Shown here: one piece after another, positions 29,942-37,941 of the stretch | Numbering within the stretch: position 1 is the first letter of the stretch | How the letters are laid out: every line of letters begins with the position of its first letter | Virus record (IMG/VR): IMGVR_UViG_3300027707_000040 | Coordinates: 1 to 40,191 of that record | Direction: 5' to 3' (one strand) | DNA: 40,191 bases | From: a virus | Lineage: Duplodnaviria > Caudoviricetes | Translations under genes and position numbers: made by a program | The notes under the pieces: model-generated | Told to the model about the DNA's origin: nothing | The model's input: only the letters and a program-made list of their open reading frames with translations | The model's database searches: none

Positions 29942-30649
29942 ATGGCATTACCAATCCTAGAATCCCCAAAGTATACTGTTGAAATTCCTTCCACAAAGAA
30001 GGCTATTGAATATCGTCCTTTTCTTGTAAAAGAAGAAAAGATCTTGCTTATGGCGCAAGAGTCACAAGAGTCGCGTGAAATGTTAAATGCAATGAAAGAT
30101 ATTATTCGTGCATGTACATTTGAAAAAGTCGATGTTAATGTGTTAACATCGTTTGACCTTGAATATATTTTCTTAAAACTTCGCAGCAAAAGCGTTGGAG
30201 AAATTAGCAGTGTCAACATCAAGTGCAGCGCTTGTGAAGTGCCAAACCCAGTTGATATTAACCTTGATGAAGTGGTTGTAAAATTTGATGACAGCGTATC
30301 CAAGACAATTATGATAACCGATAGTGTTGGCGTCAATATGCGTTACATTCGCGTTAAAGATATGGGAGCGCTAACCGATGACAAAAAGAGCCAAAGCGAT
30401 CTTATCAATGAAGTTGTTATTGCAAGTATTGAAAGTATCTTTGATGCTGATAAAGTATACCCAAGTGAAAATTCATCCAAGGCTGAATTGATTGTTTTCA
30501 TCAACAGCCTTAATCGCTCACAAATGCAAAAGATTGAAGCATTTATTGCGGCCGTCCCATCGCTTAAAGAAACTGTAAAATTTAAATGCAAAGGCTGCGG
30601 CCATGACAACACATTGGAACTGTCTGGCACACAATCTTTTTTCGATTAG
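29942..30649 (+). CDS. gp26: Baseplate hub assembly protein gp26
   Basis: MALP.L..PKY...IPST...I.YRPFLVKEEKILLMA, FDLEYIFLKLRSKSVGE, two CxxC motifs, ends SFFD. Confidence 0.9.
   Translation: MALPILESPKYTVEIPSTKKAIEYRPFLVKEEKILLMAQESQESREMLNAMKDIIRACTFEKVDVNVLTSFDLEYIFLKLRSKSVGEISSVNIKCSACEVPNPVDINLDEVVVKFDDSVSKTIMITDSVGVNMRYIRVKDMGALTDDKKSQSDLINEVVIASIESIFDADKVYPSENSSKAELIVFINSLNRSQMQKIEAFIAAVPSLKETVKFKCKGCGHDNTLELSGTQSFFD
30637..30643 (+). promoter_or_regulatory. Candidate -1 ribosomal frameshift slippery heptamer T TTT TTC
   Basis: X XXY YYZ in the gp26 frame, one sense codon before the stop; the -1 frame is open into gp51. Confidence 0.65.
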
Positions 30650-30825
30650 CCCTCTCGCATGAATCACTGGTTAATTATTTCCAAACTAACTTTGCACTAA
30701 TGCAGCACCACAAATACTCATTGAGCGAATTGGATATGATGATACCATGGGAGAGGGAAATATACATTTCAATGCTTGTTTCACATCTTAAAGAAGAAGA
30801 ACAAAAGCGCAAAAATAGCAACTAA
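30643..30825 (+). CDS. gp51: Baseplate hub assembly protein gp51-like (not in ORF track; first ATG at 30700, probably also or instead made as a gp26 frameshift fusion)
   Basis: Manual translation: RLALSHESLVNYFQTNFALMQHHKYSLSELDMMIPWEREIYISMLVSHLKEEEQKRKNSN*, with the MQHHKYSL.EL..M.PWERE.Y motif. Confidence 0.85.
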   Translation, partial: RLALSHESLVNYFQTNFALMQHHKYSLSELDMMIPWEREIYISMLVSHLKEEEQKRKNSN

Positions 30826-30829
30826 AACA

Positions 30830-33208
30830 ATGGCCAATACTGAAACCAGTCAATTAGCAGAAGTAATCGCACAGCTTAAAAGTTTAAACCTTTCGCATCG
30901 CGTGTTGTCCGATACCATAGACGACAACAATAAATTGCTTGTTCGCAGTCTTTTGATTGATTCACAGGCCGAAGGTGAGCGTGTTGACAATGGTGGGCAG
31001 TTGTTATCTGTTGTCACCAGTTTGCGCCGTATGGTATCCGATATCAGCCGCACCAATAAAGAGTTGTTAGAATTTTTTACCAGCAATGATATGCAGCAAG
31101 AAGAAAACCGTAAAGATCTTCTTGCTGCATTGCGTGGGCGTGATAAGGAAGATATAAAGCCTAAAGCAAAACCAAAGAAAGATAAAAAAAATAGCGAAAG
31201 CGGCCTTGGCGGCATTCTTGCTTTTGCGGCCAGTTTAATTGCTGGCGCCGTTGTAGGATTTGTTACTGAAACCGCAACTATGTTTGCAGCTCTAATTAGA
31301 GACCCCAAAATATATAAAAATATAAGTTTGGGTGTCTCTAAAATAGGCAACATTTTAAAAGGTTTTGGGCAATACATTTCACGCATTGCTACGGCAGCCT
31401 CTAAGTTTTTGGCCAATACCAAAATAGGAACGGCTATAATTAAAGGATTTAATAGCATACGCACTATACTATCTTTATTATTTACTGGTGTAAAACTTAT
31501 TGGTGAAGGTTTAGTTGGTTTAGCCATGGAATCTGCACTTGTCAAATCTGTAACAAATACAATATCTCAAATAACCGCAGCATGGGCTAGATTCACTGGT
31601 GCATTGCGCGCTGTAAGCGATATAATTCGTCCACTGTTTGGCGCGGCTGAGGAAGGTGTCACCATAGGTACGCGTGTGGCCAAGGTGTTTCCAAATATTG
31701 CAAAATTTTTTACAACGGTAGGCAATATATTTGGAGTATTTGCTCGAGGATTTAAAACCGGAGTTTCAATAGGTAAAGCAATAGCTCGTGTATTGCCAGC
31801 TGTGTTTGGCTTGCTTAAAGCTCTTGCCAAACCATTGGTTTTAATTACTGCAATATATGAAACGGTAATGGGCGCATTTGAAGGATATAAAGAAAGCGGC
31901 GTTCTTGGCGCAATCAAAGGAGCAATTAGTGGATTGTTAATTGGTCTTGTTGGAGGTCTTGTTGATTTGGTAAAAGATATAGTTTCGTGGATTGCTAATA
32001 AGTTAGGCTTTGAAAATTTTTCAAAGTTGCTTGACAGCTTCTCCTTTTCGCAACTACTTAAAGATGGTGTAGATGCAATCTTTGATACAGTCATATACGC
32101 ATTTGACTGGTTTAAATCAATCTTTTCGTTTGAAAAATTCTCCAAAGCCTTTGAAAATTTTAACGTGGCTGGCATATGGGCAACTTTTGTTGGTGGTATG
32201 CTGGATACGTTAAAAGGAGGAGTATCATGGATTGCTACTATGCTTGGCGCATTTGACATTGCAAATGCTTTGGATAATTTTTCGTTTACTGACTCTATCA
32301 ATAAAGGTTTAGAAATGGTTTTTGCTTTACATGCAAAGATTTTGAATTGGATTACCAATATGTTTTCATGGGAAAACATATCTAGACTGTTTGAAAATTT
32401 TTCGGTAACTGGCATATGGTCAGGTTTTTATGGAGGAATTCTTGATACGGTCAAAGGAGCGGTTTCTTGGATGGCCGCACTATTTGGCTTTGACACCATA
32501 AGCAAATATTTAGATAGCTTTTCTTTTGCTGATATATACAAAACTGTATTTGATGCTGTAGGCGAAGCAATTGATGGCTTCATTGATTGGATAATGAAGC
32601 TACCGCAATTAATTACCAATCTTGGTGCTCAAATGGAAGCTATGACTAGCAGCGCATTAAGTGGCATTGGCAATCTCGCTGAAGGGTTTGCAAAAAGTGT
32701 ATTAGCGAGTGTGTTGCCTAAACAATCTGACACTAGCGTGTTTAATCCAATGCATTGGGTTGCAAAAGCAATACCTGACAGCATTTATGAATATGCCGGC
32801 CTTAAGGCTGCTGGAAAAGAAGCTGGCGGGGCGGCGCCTGCGGCAAGTGGCGGCACACCCATGACTGGCGCCCAATCATTAACCGATGGCGAAAAATCGT
32901 CAAAAGCTAAAGAAGCGGGATATGAATCATGGAATGATTATGAGGCCTCTGGGTGGAAATATAAAACACCCGCACCGGATTCTGCGGCATCATTAACACC
33001 AGCAGCAGGTACGGCATCCATAACAAATACGGCAAATACCACTGGCGCCCAACTGATGAGCAGCGGTAGTAATATATCAGTATCACCGGTAATTGTTAAT
33101 AATTATGGTGGCAACATTAGCAATACAACACAAAGCTCAGTAAACAATACCAACAGCTCATACGATCCAATAATGACTGGCAGTGCAATGGGTTTTGCAA
33201 GCGTATAA
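30830..33208 (+). CDS. Tail tape measure protein (gp29-like)
   Basis: About 790 aa, helical and Ala/Gly/hydrophobic-rich with periodic Trp/Phe; follows gp26/gp51; likely start ATG at 30830. Confidence 0.75.
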   Translation: MANTETSQLAEVIAQLKSLNLSHRVLSDTIDDNNKLLVRSLLIDSQAEGERVDNGGQLLSVVTSLRRMVSDISRTNKELLEFFTSNDMQQEENRKDLLAALRGRDKEDIKPKAKPKKDKKNSESGLGGILAFAASLIAGAVVGFVTETATMFAALIRDPKIYKNISLGVSKIGNILKGFGQYISRIATAASKFLANTKIGTAIIKGFNSIRTILSLLFTGVKLIGEGLVGLAMESALVKSVTNTISQITAAWARFTGALRAVSDIIRPLFGAAEEGVTIGTRVAKVFPNIAKFFTTVGNIFGVFARGFKTGVSIGKAIARVLPAVFGLLKALAKPLVLITAIYETVMGAFEGYKESGVLGAIKGAISGLLIGLVGGLVDLVKDIVSWIANKLGFENFSKLLDSFSFSQLLKDGVDAIFDTVIYAFDWFKSIFSFEKFSKAFENFNVAGIWATFVGGMLDTLKGGVSWIATMLGAFDIANALDNFSFTDSINKGLEMVFALHAKILNWITNMFSWENISRLFENFSVTGIWSGFYGGILDTVKGAVSWMAALFGFDTISKYLDSFSFADIYKTVFDAVGEAIDGFIDWIMKLPQLITNLGAQMEAMTSSALSGIGNLAEGFAKSVLASVLPKQSDTSVFNPMHWVAKAIPDSIYEYAGLKAAGKEAGGAAPAASGGTPMTGAQSLTDGEKSSKAKEAGYESWNDYEASGWKYKTPAPDSAASLTPAAGTASITNTANTTGAQLMSSGSNISVSPVIVNNYGGNISNTTQSSVNNTNSSYDPIMTGSAMGFASV
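31940..32600 (+). repeat. Three 80-aa (240-bp) repeats in the tape measure
   Basis: The D(S/N)FSF motif starts at 32033, 32273 and 32513; the GG..D.VK..VSW(I/M)A..(L/F)G units recur. Confidence 0.85.
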
Positions 33209-33210
33209 TT

Positions 33211-33510
33211 ATGGGTAAGAGTATTGCAAGATGCGGAGCTGATTATGCTAGCACACACACGCCAGTTGACGGAGGCACGCCTCATACCAATTCGCCATAT
33301 GCTAGCAACGCCAACACTGTATACATAGGTGGGTATCAAGCAGTAGCTGTTGGTGATGCCACCGTATGTGGCGAAAAGGCTAAAATTGGCAGTGCCACGG
33401 TGTTTGTAAATGGACGCGCGGTGCACTGCAACGGCGACTTGCTTGACAGCCACGCCAACACTTTTACAGCCTCAGTGTGTGTTGCTGGCGGAAACGTATA
33501 TGCTGGCTAG
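33211..33510 (+). CDS. PAAR-family spike tip protein (gp5.4-like)
   Basis: IARCGAD...H...TVYIGG...AVGD...CG....GSATVFVNGRAV...GD...G..NVYAG. Confidence 0.85.
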   Translation: MGKSIARCGADYASTHTPVDGGTPHTNSPYASNANTVYIGGYQAVAVGDATVCGEKAKIGSATVFVNGRAVHCNGDLLDSHANTFTASVCVAGGNVYAG

Positions 33511-33770
33511 GCTTTGTAGATTTGTTCAATCATTGCCTCAAATGATTTTATTTTGTCCGTACGTTTAGGCCAAAAGATATAGTCCTTTTCAGGATTCTTT
33601 TTAAGATTGTCTAGCAATGGAAGTATTGCTTTATAAAGCTTGTCCAATTTGGTTTGCGTTGTTGCTGCCAGTGCGCTGCACTCAGCCGCATCCTGTACAC
33701 TTTTTAGTTCATCTTCATGGACAGCCGTAAAACCAAAATCAAAAGAAGTTTCTTCAAATACCATATACAA
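33507..33770 (-). CDS. Conserved T4-like hypothetical protein
   Basis: FDFGFTAV.EDEL...LY.AILPLL.NLKKNPEKDYI.WP.R motif. Confidence 0.7.
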   Translation of the reverse strand: MYMVFEETSFDFGFTAVHEDELKSVQDAAECSALAATTQTKLDKLYKAILPLLDNLKKNPEKDYIFWPKRTDKIKSFEAMIEQIYKA

Positions 33771-34023
33771 GTTGAGTTAGTTGTTGTTTTGTTAATATCT
33801 CACCAGCCTGCTTTAACAGGGTGCCGTTTTTAAATACAAGTGTTGATGGTATATATAGCAGCTTGCGTGCTAGTATCTCATGCAAATTTTCTTCGCGATC
33901 AACGTCTATAATGTCATACTCAACAGAGTATTCATCGCAAAAATCATGCACGGTTTGATGATAGATTGCACAATCTTTGCAGGTGCCTATACTAAATACT
34001 TTGATGTATGGTTTAACAGTCAT
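33754..34023 (-). CDS. Thioredoxin/glutaredoxin-like protein
   Basis: CKDC active-site-like motif, IDVD, and IPSTLVFKNG (cis-Pro region). Confidence 0.78.
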   Translation of the reverse strand: MTVKPYIKVFSIGTCKDCAIYHQTVHDFCDEYSVEYDIIDVDREENLHEILARKLLYIPSTLVFKNGTLLKQAGEILTKQQLTQLVYGI

Positions 34024-34029
34024 ACACTA

Positions 34030-34037
34030 TATTTATA
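34030..34037 (-). promoter_or_regulatory. T4-type late promoter TATAAATA
   Basis: tatttata at 34030-34037, 6 nt upstream of the ATG at 34023. Confidence 0.78.
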
Positions 34038-34040
34038 TGA

Positions 34041-34078
34041 AAATGCGCAAAGGCCGCGTTAGAAGCCTTTGCGCATTT
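34041..34078 (-). terminator. Intrinsic terminator hairpin downstream of gp32
   Basis: Perfect 14-bp inverted repeat aaatgcgcaaaggc / gcctttgcgcattt with a 10-nt loop, 12 nt after the gp32 stop; U-tract short. Confidence 0.78.
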
Positions 34079-34090
34079 GTGTTTTAACAA

Positions 34091-35023
34091 TTAGCTTTGT
34101 GCCAGCTTGGCAAAGTAGCTAAGGCTGTCGTCATCGTCGTCATCAGACACTGTTGAGGACGGCACAGTTGTTTCATAACTGCTTTGCACGGTGCGCTGTG
34201 GTTCCGCCGCTTCAACTGTACGACCAACAACACTACGTGATGGAGCTTCAACACTTTCACTCTCGTGACTAGCGCCAGCAGCTTCTGCGCCAAGAACTTC
34301 AACAAGCTTGCGCTTTAATTCAGCATATGACTTGTAATTGCTCGGGTCAGTAAAGTCGCTTAACTTATAGAGTTTGCCATAGGTTTCCTCAAGTTGTGCT
34401 TCATCACCATTAAACAATTCACTTGTCTTGTCAAATTCGCTCTTATCATAGTTGCGGTATCCTTCAAAGTTGCGAATCTTTAAACGGAAGTTTGCACCAG
34501 CCCAAAAATCAAATGGATTAACCGGAGTCTCATCTTGAAATTGAGGCTGCATAATATCCATAATCTTATCAAAGATTTTCTTTCCATACTTATAGAGGAA
34601 AACCTTACCTTCATTTGCTGGATTTGCAGGATCGCTAACCACAAGAATGTTTGACACATAATGCAAACGACGCTTGCGGTCACGTGCAATTTCCTTATCC
34701 TTTTCATTGCCACTGTTCCACAGTACGCTGTTGATTTCGCTGCAAGGATCGGCTTGGCCAATGCTTGTCAAGCTGTTTTCAATATACCAGCGACCAGTTG
34801 GTCCTTTAAATCCATGGTCCCAAAAGCGAGCCCATGGCAGGTCATCGCCTTCTTTTGCTGGCAGGAAACGAATGATGGCATAACCATTGCCTGCTTTATC
34901 AACGGCTGGCGACCATAGGCGATCATCACCATAAGTTTTGGTAGCTCCTCCGACTTTTTCAGCAGCATTAACAAGTTTGTTAATTGCGTCTGACCGATTT
35001 TGTTTTAGTTTTTCAAATGACAT
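34091..35023 (-). CDS. gp32: Single-stranded DNA-binding protein gp32
   Basis: DDRLW.P..DKAGNGYA.IRFLPA, HGFKGP.G.WYIENSLTS, GKVFLYKYGKKIFDKI, PFDFW.GANF.LKIR and an acidic tail DDDDDSLSYFAKLA. Confidence 0.97.
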   Translation of the reverse strand: MSFEKLKQNRSDAINKLVNAAEKVGGATKTYGDDRLWSPAVDKAGNGYAIIRFLPAKEGDDLPWARFWDHGFKGPTGRWYIENSLTSIGQADPCSEINSVLWNSGNEKDKEIARDRKRRLHYVSNILVVSDPANPANEGKVFLYKYGKKIFDKIMDIMQPQFQDETPVNPFDFWAGANFRLKIRNFEGYRNYDKSEFDKTSELFNGDEAQLEETYGKLYKLSDFTDPSNYKSYAELKRKLVEVLGAEAAGASHESESVEAPSRSVVGRTVEAAEPQRTVQSSYETTVPSSTVSDDDDDDSLSYFAKLAQS

Positions 35024-35070
35024 ATTATTTTTTTTTACAGTGTGTTGTTGTTGTATTGCGTTGTGTAATT

Positions 35071-35099
35071 ATTATAACCTATTTGCTTACACTTGTAAA
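35071..35099 (-). promoter_or_regulatory. Sigma70/T4-early-type promoter for gp32
   Basis: (G)TTTACA at 35099-35094, 17-nt spacer, TATAAT at 35076-35071. Confidence 0.8.
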
Positions 35100-35726
35100 C
35101 AAATTAATTACAATATTTTTGTGTTTTTCTACATTCATTTCTGAGCGTAGGAAAGGTTTATACTTAATGATGCGGTGAGATATATCTGACGATATTTCAA
35201 GCGGATCGCTAAGATTTTTATTTATACTCTTGGTATAGTGTAGCAGATTGTCAAGTATGGCCAGTGACTCAAGGCTTACTCTTTCGGCTTGATATAGTTT
35301 ATAGATTGCGGGTACATCGCTTTTGTCGCGTGGATTAAAGAGTTGGTCAAATGAATAACCATTGCGCTCTGCAACAGCTGCAGCATCACTCATTTCAGCC
35401 TTAAAGCTATAGTCCAACGCTTGAATCTTTGCAAGCCATTGATTGTATGCTGTGTCATTCATGTTGTTGATCCATGCATTGCCCGCAACTACATTGCTCA
35501 TAAAATAGCAAATCAAGTCATTCTTTTTGGGATATGTGCGCGCTAGTTTTTCAAAAGAGTAACGGTTGCGATTTGCCATAAAGCTTTCGCGCTTTAGGCG
35601 CGGGCCTTTAAAGTTAAACTTAAATGCGTCATAGCTGCCACCTTTTTTAAAATGCAAATTTATTGATGTATAGATACTCCATACATCAAATGGTGCAATG
35701 CCAGTTTCGGTGGAAAGACAAATCAC
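35079..35726 (-). CDS. gp59: Helicase loader gp59
   Basis: Y..I.LHF...YDAFKF.FK.....SF...RNRY.FEKLA, ISLESL.IL and KYKPFL motifs; GTG start overlaps the gp33 stop; upstream of gp32. Confidence 0.85.
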   Translation of the reverse strand: MICLSTETGIAPFDVWSIYTSINLHFKKGGSYDAFKFNFKGPRLKRESFMANRNRYSFEKLARTYPKKNDLICYFMSNVVAGNAWINNMNDTAYNQWLAKIQALDYSFKAEMSDAAAVAERNGYSFDQLFNPRDKSDVPAIYKLYQAERVSLESLAILDNLLHYTKSINKNLSDPLEISSDISHRIIKYKPFLRSEMNVEKHKNIVINLFTSVSK

Positions 35727-35965
35727 ACAAATGCACCTGTTGACGTTTTGGGTAATAGATTATTGCGCTGTGCTTCAGCTTCAAGTTTTTCCTTAAGGCT
35801 TCCAACAACCAACTTGTATATGTCATCGGCCTCAAACCCGTGATCATCACAATAGTCAATAATGGCTTCCAGGTAACCCATTTCTTTGCGCTGGACGCGC
35901 CTTTCAATTTGCATTGCAAACTCCTGTTTGCTCAATACTTTAATAGGCAATTCTTCTGTTGTCAT
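35723..35965 (-). CDS. gp33: Late transcription co-activator gp33
   Basis: F...IE..V.....YLEAIIDYC......DI.KLV..SLKEKLEAEA...NLLPK. Confidence 0.88.
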   Translation of the reverse strand: MTTEELPIKVLSKQEFAMQIERRVQRKEMGYLEAIIDYCDDHGFEADDIYKLVVGSLKEKLEAEAQRNNLLPKTSTGAFV

Positions 35966-37185
35966 TATAGTTTGTTTTCAATTACTTTAAGTAAGATGGT
36001 GTGTTCGTTAAACCGGCCGTTTGCTGGTTTTTTATTAAGCTTAGAGTTGTCAAGTGTTTTATCCAATACTTTAGGCGTGCTGCTCAACACTGCATTAAGC
36101 AAGTCTTTAGGTTTGCGCAATGTTGCAGTGTAACTTGTGCTCTCGTCATAGCCTTTGATGCTGGTGCCTTTCACTTCAAATCCTGCACTGCCTTTTGCAC
36201 AGTAAACACCCAGTTGACGTGTCTTGGTATTAAACACATAGAGTCTTTGTGCCGTAGGGATACGCGATGGGCTAATGCTGTCTATGTTGTATTCGCTGCT
36301 GTTGGTTTGATACTTAAGACGTGCAACCTGTTTGCCTGCGTCCTTAACTTTTTTGGTGCGCGGCTTGCGCATACTCACCTTAATTTTGGCATGTGAATTG
36401 ACGTCGCCAATCATGGTTTCAAGGTTCTTAACAATCTTGCGAAGATCAGCTCTAGGAATATAGTCATATCCTTCAACGAGTTGTGGGTCTTCTTTAGAGT
36501 AAGCGCCATTAAATTCAGCATGCACTGCATTTAGCCATTCAAGGATAAACTTGCACCCTTGAGTTGGCACCTTGCCATCGCGCAAGTAACTTACAAGATT
36601 GACAGTTGCAACCTCTGCACGCGTATCGCACCATGCATCAAGTAGTGGCTCAAGTAGTGCACCAACAATTTCCTTTTCAACTTTAGTTTTGATACGTTCC
36701 AATGGTGATGGTGCATATGCTTTAGGCGTAGCGTTTTCCAGCGCAGCAACATACTTGACATTGCTCAATACTGCAAGAGCATTGTTAATTTCACCTTTGG
36801 CTGTACTGCGGTCATCCTTAGGAGTTGGTGGATGTTCATGCCCAGGGAGTGCCGCAAAGTAGCTGTGCGCTTCAGGGTGAAGACTTGGCATGCCGCGTTC
36901 AAGACAACGCACAAGTTTACCCACAGTGGTTGGCAATACATTTGCGTTGGCATCTTTAATTACGGCAATCTCGGTTTGAGAATAGCCTTCCTTCTTCATC
37001 CATGCTAATACCATCGGCTTCATTGCTGCGGCGTCAAGGTAATAGTTATAGAATTGCAGTGCGCGTTGACGCGTGCGATAGAACTTTTCTGTGTCCCACT
37101 TTTCCCATCCATGCCAATCTGGTTCCTCACCAGTCCATTTGGAATCAGGCGCAATTACGCGCCCTGCTTTAAATTGTGTACTCAT
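35965..37185 (-). CDS. Conserved T4-like hypothetical protein
   Basis: 406-aa ORF with L.EGY, RKPR.KK, LYVFNTKTR.L..Y, VKGTSI.GYD, TLRKP and NGRFNEHTILLKV motifs; upstream of gp33. Confidence 0.7.
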   Translation of the reverse strand: MSTQFKAGRVIAPDSKWTGEEPDWHGWEKWDTEKFYRTRQRALQFYNYYLDAAAMKPMVLAWMKKEGYSQTEIAVIKDANANVLPTTVGKLVRCLERGMPSLHPEAHSYFAALPGHEHPPTPKDDRSTAKGEINNALAVLSNVKYVAALENATPKAYAPSPLERIKTKVEKEIVGALLEPLLDAWCDTRAEVATVNLVSYLRDGKVPTQGCKFILEWLNAVHAEFNGAYSKEDPQLVEGYDYIPRADLRKIVKNLETMIGDVNSHAKIKVSMRKPRTKKVKDAGKQVARLKYQTNSSEYNIDSISPSRIPTAQRLYVFNTKTRQLGVYCAKGSAGFEVKGTSIKGYDESTSYTATLRKPKDLLNAVLSSTPKVLDKTLDNSKLNKKPANGRFNEHTILLKVIENKL

Positions 37186-37187
37186 GA

Positions 37188-37457
37188 TTAGCCGTTATTG
37201 AATGGAATCACGCTGGTGACCGTGCTAACATTGATACTACGCCAGCCATCATTGGCAATGTCATATGCGCGCAGCGGTGCATCAGCAGCATCACTAATAA
37301 GACCGGTTCCTTTGGGTGTATGCTCACTTGGGATATCAGAGGCATGCAAAGTAGCAATCATTTCACGAACTGATCCGTCCTTCTTTGTAAATGTTACGGC
37401 GTGGGCACCCACTTGAAGCGCGGCTTTTAAAGTTTCTTTTGTATATTTGTTTTTCAT
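37188..37457 (-). CDS. Small Sm/SH3-like (WYL_2-type) phage protein
   Basis: VTFTKKDGSVREM.ATL ... YDI...GWRS motif. Confidence 0.72.
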   Translation of the reverse strand: MKNKYTKETLKAALQVGAHAVTFTKKDGSVREMIATLHASDIPSEHTPKGTGLISDAADAPLRAYDIANDGWRSINVSTVTSVIPFNNG

Positions 37458-37465
37458 TACAGTTT

Positions 37466-37494
37466 ATTATACAATATTTTTAGGCAAATGTAAA
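37466..37494 (-). promoter_or_regulatory. Sigma70/T4-early-type promoter
   Basis: TTTACA at 37494-37489, 17-nt spacer, TATAAT at 37471-37466; ATG lies 8 nt downstream. Confidence 0.8.
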
Positions 37495-37524
37495 GGACTT
37501 TATGATAGTATTTTCGTAATAATT

Positions 37525-37935
37525 TCACAAAAGAGACCTTTTATTTTCTTCATAAGCCTCAATTAAGCTTTCTTTATAATTGTCAAAGTCATCATCAAAT
37601 GTATCATAGCTTACTACTATTTCTTCATTGGGGTAAATATCTTTAGCGGCTATCATTTCATTCTTGCCTGTTGCTATAGAGTTAGGATTACTACTATGAT
37701 TTTGAAAAACTGAATGGTCACAGGAAGAATACAAATAATCTCCTTCTGCCCAAAAATATTTATTTACAAACTTCTTTTGGATTTCCGATAAAGATTTGTA
37801 TTTTTGCTTATCAACTTTTATATCAAATCCTTCCGCAAATTTCCATATGATGGTACCTTTTGCAACTAAGTTTTTAGAAAATAAGCCAAGGCCCATACCA
37901 GGAGATTGCGCTAAATATGTTTCTATTAAAAGCAT
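37525..37935 (-). CDS. SET-domain protein (putative lysine methyltransferase)
   Basis: GLGLFS...V.KGT.IW, FQNHS.NPN and AAKDI.PNEEI.VSY motifs. Confidence 0.85.
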   Translation of the reverse strand: MLLIETYLAQSPGMGLGLFSKNLVAKGTIIWKFAEGFDIKVDKQKYKSLSEIQKKFVNKYFWAEGDYLYSSCDHSVFQNHSSNPNSIATGKNEMIAAKDIYPNEEIVVSYDTFDDDFDNYKESLIEAYEENKRSLL

Positions 37936-37941
37936 AGCAAG

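Noticed and set aside
30850-32619. Minus-strand ORFs (231, 282 and 63 aa) inside the tape measure
   Set aside because: Antisense shadows with no recognisable domains.
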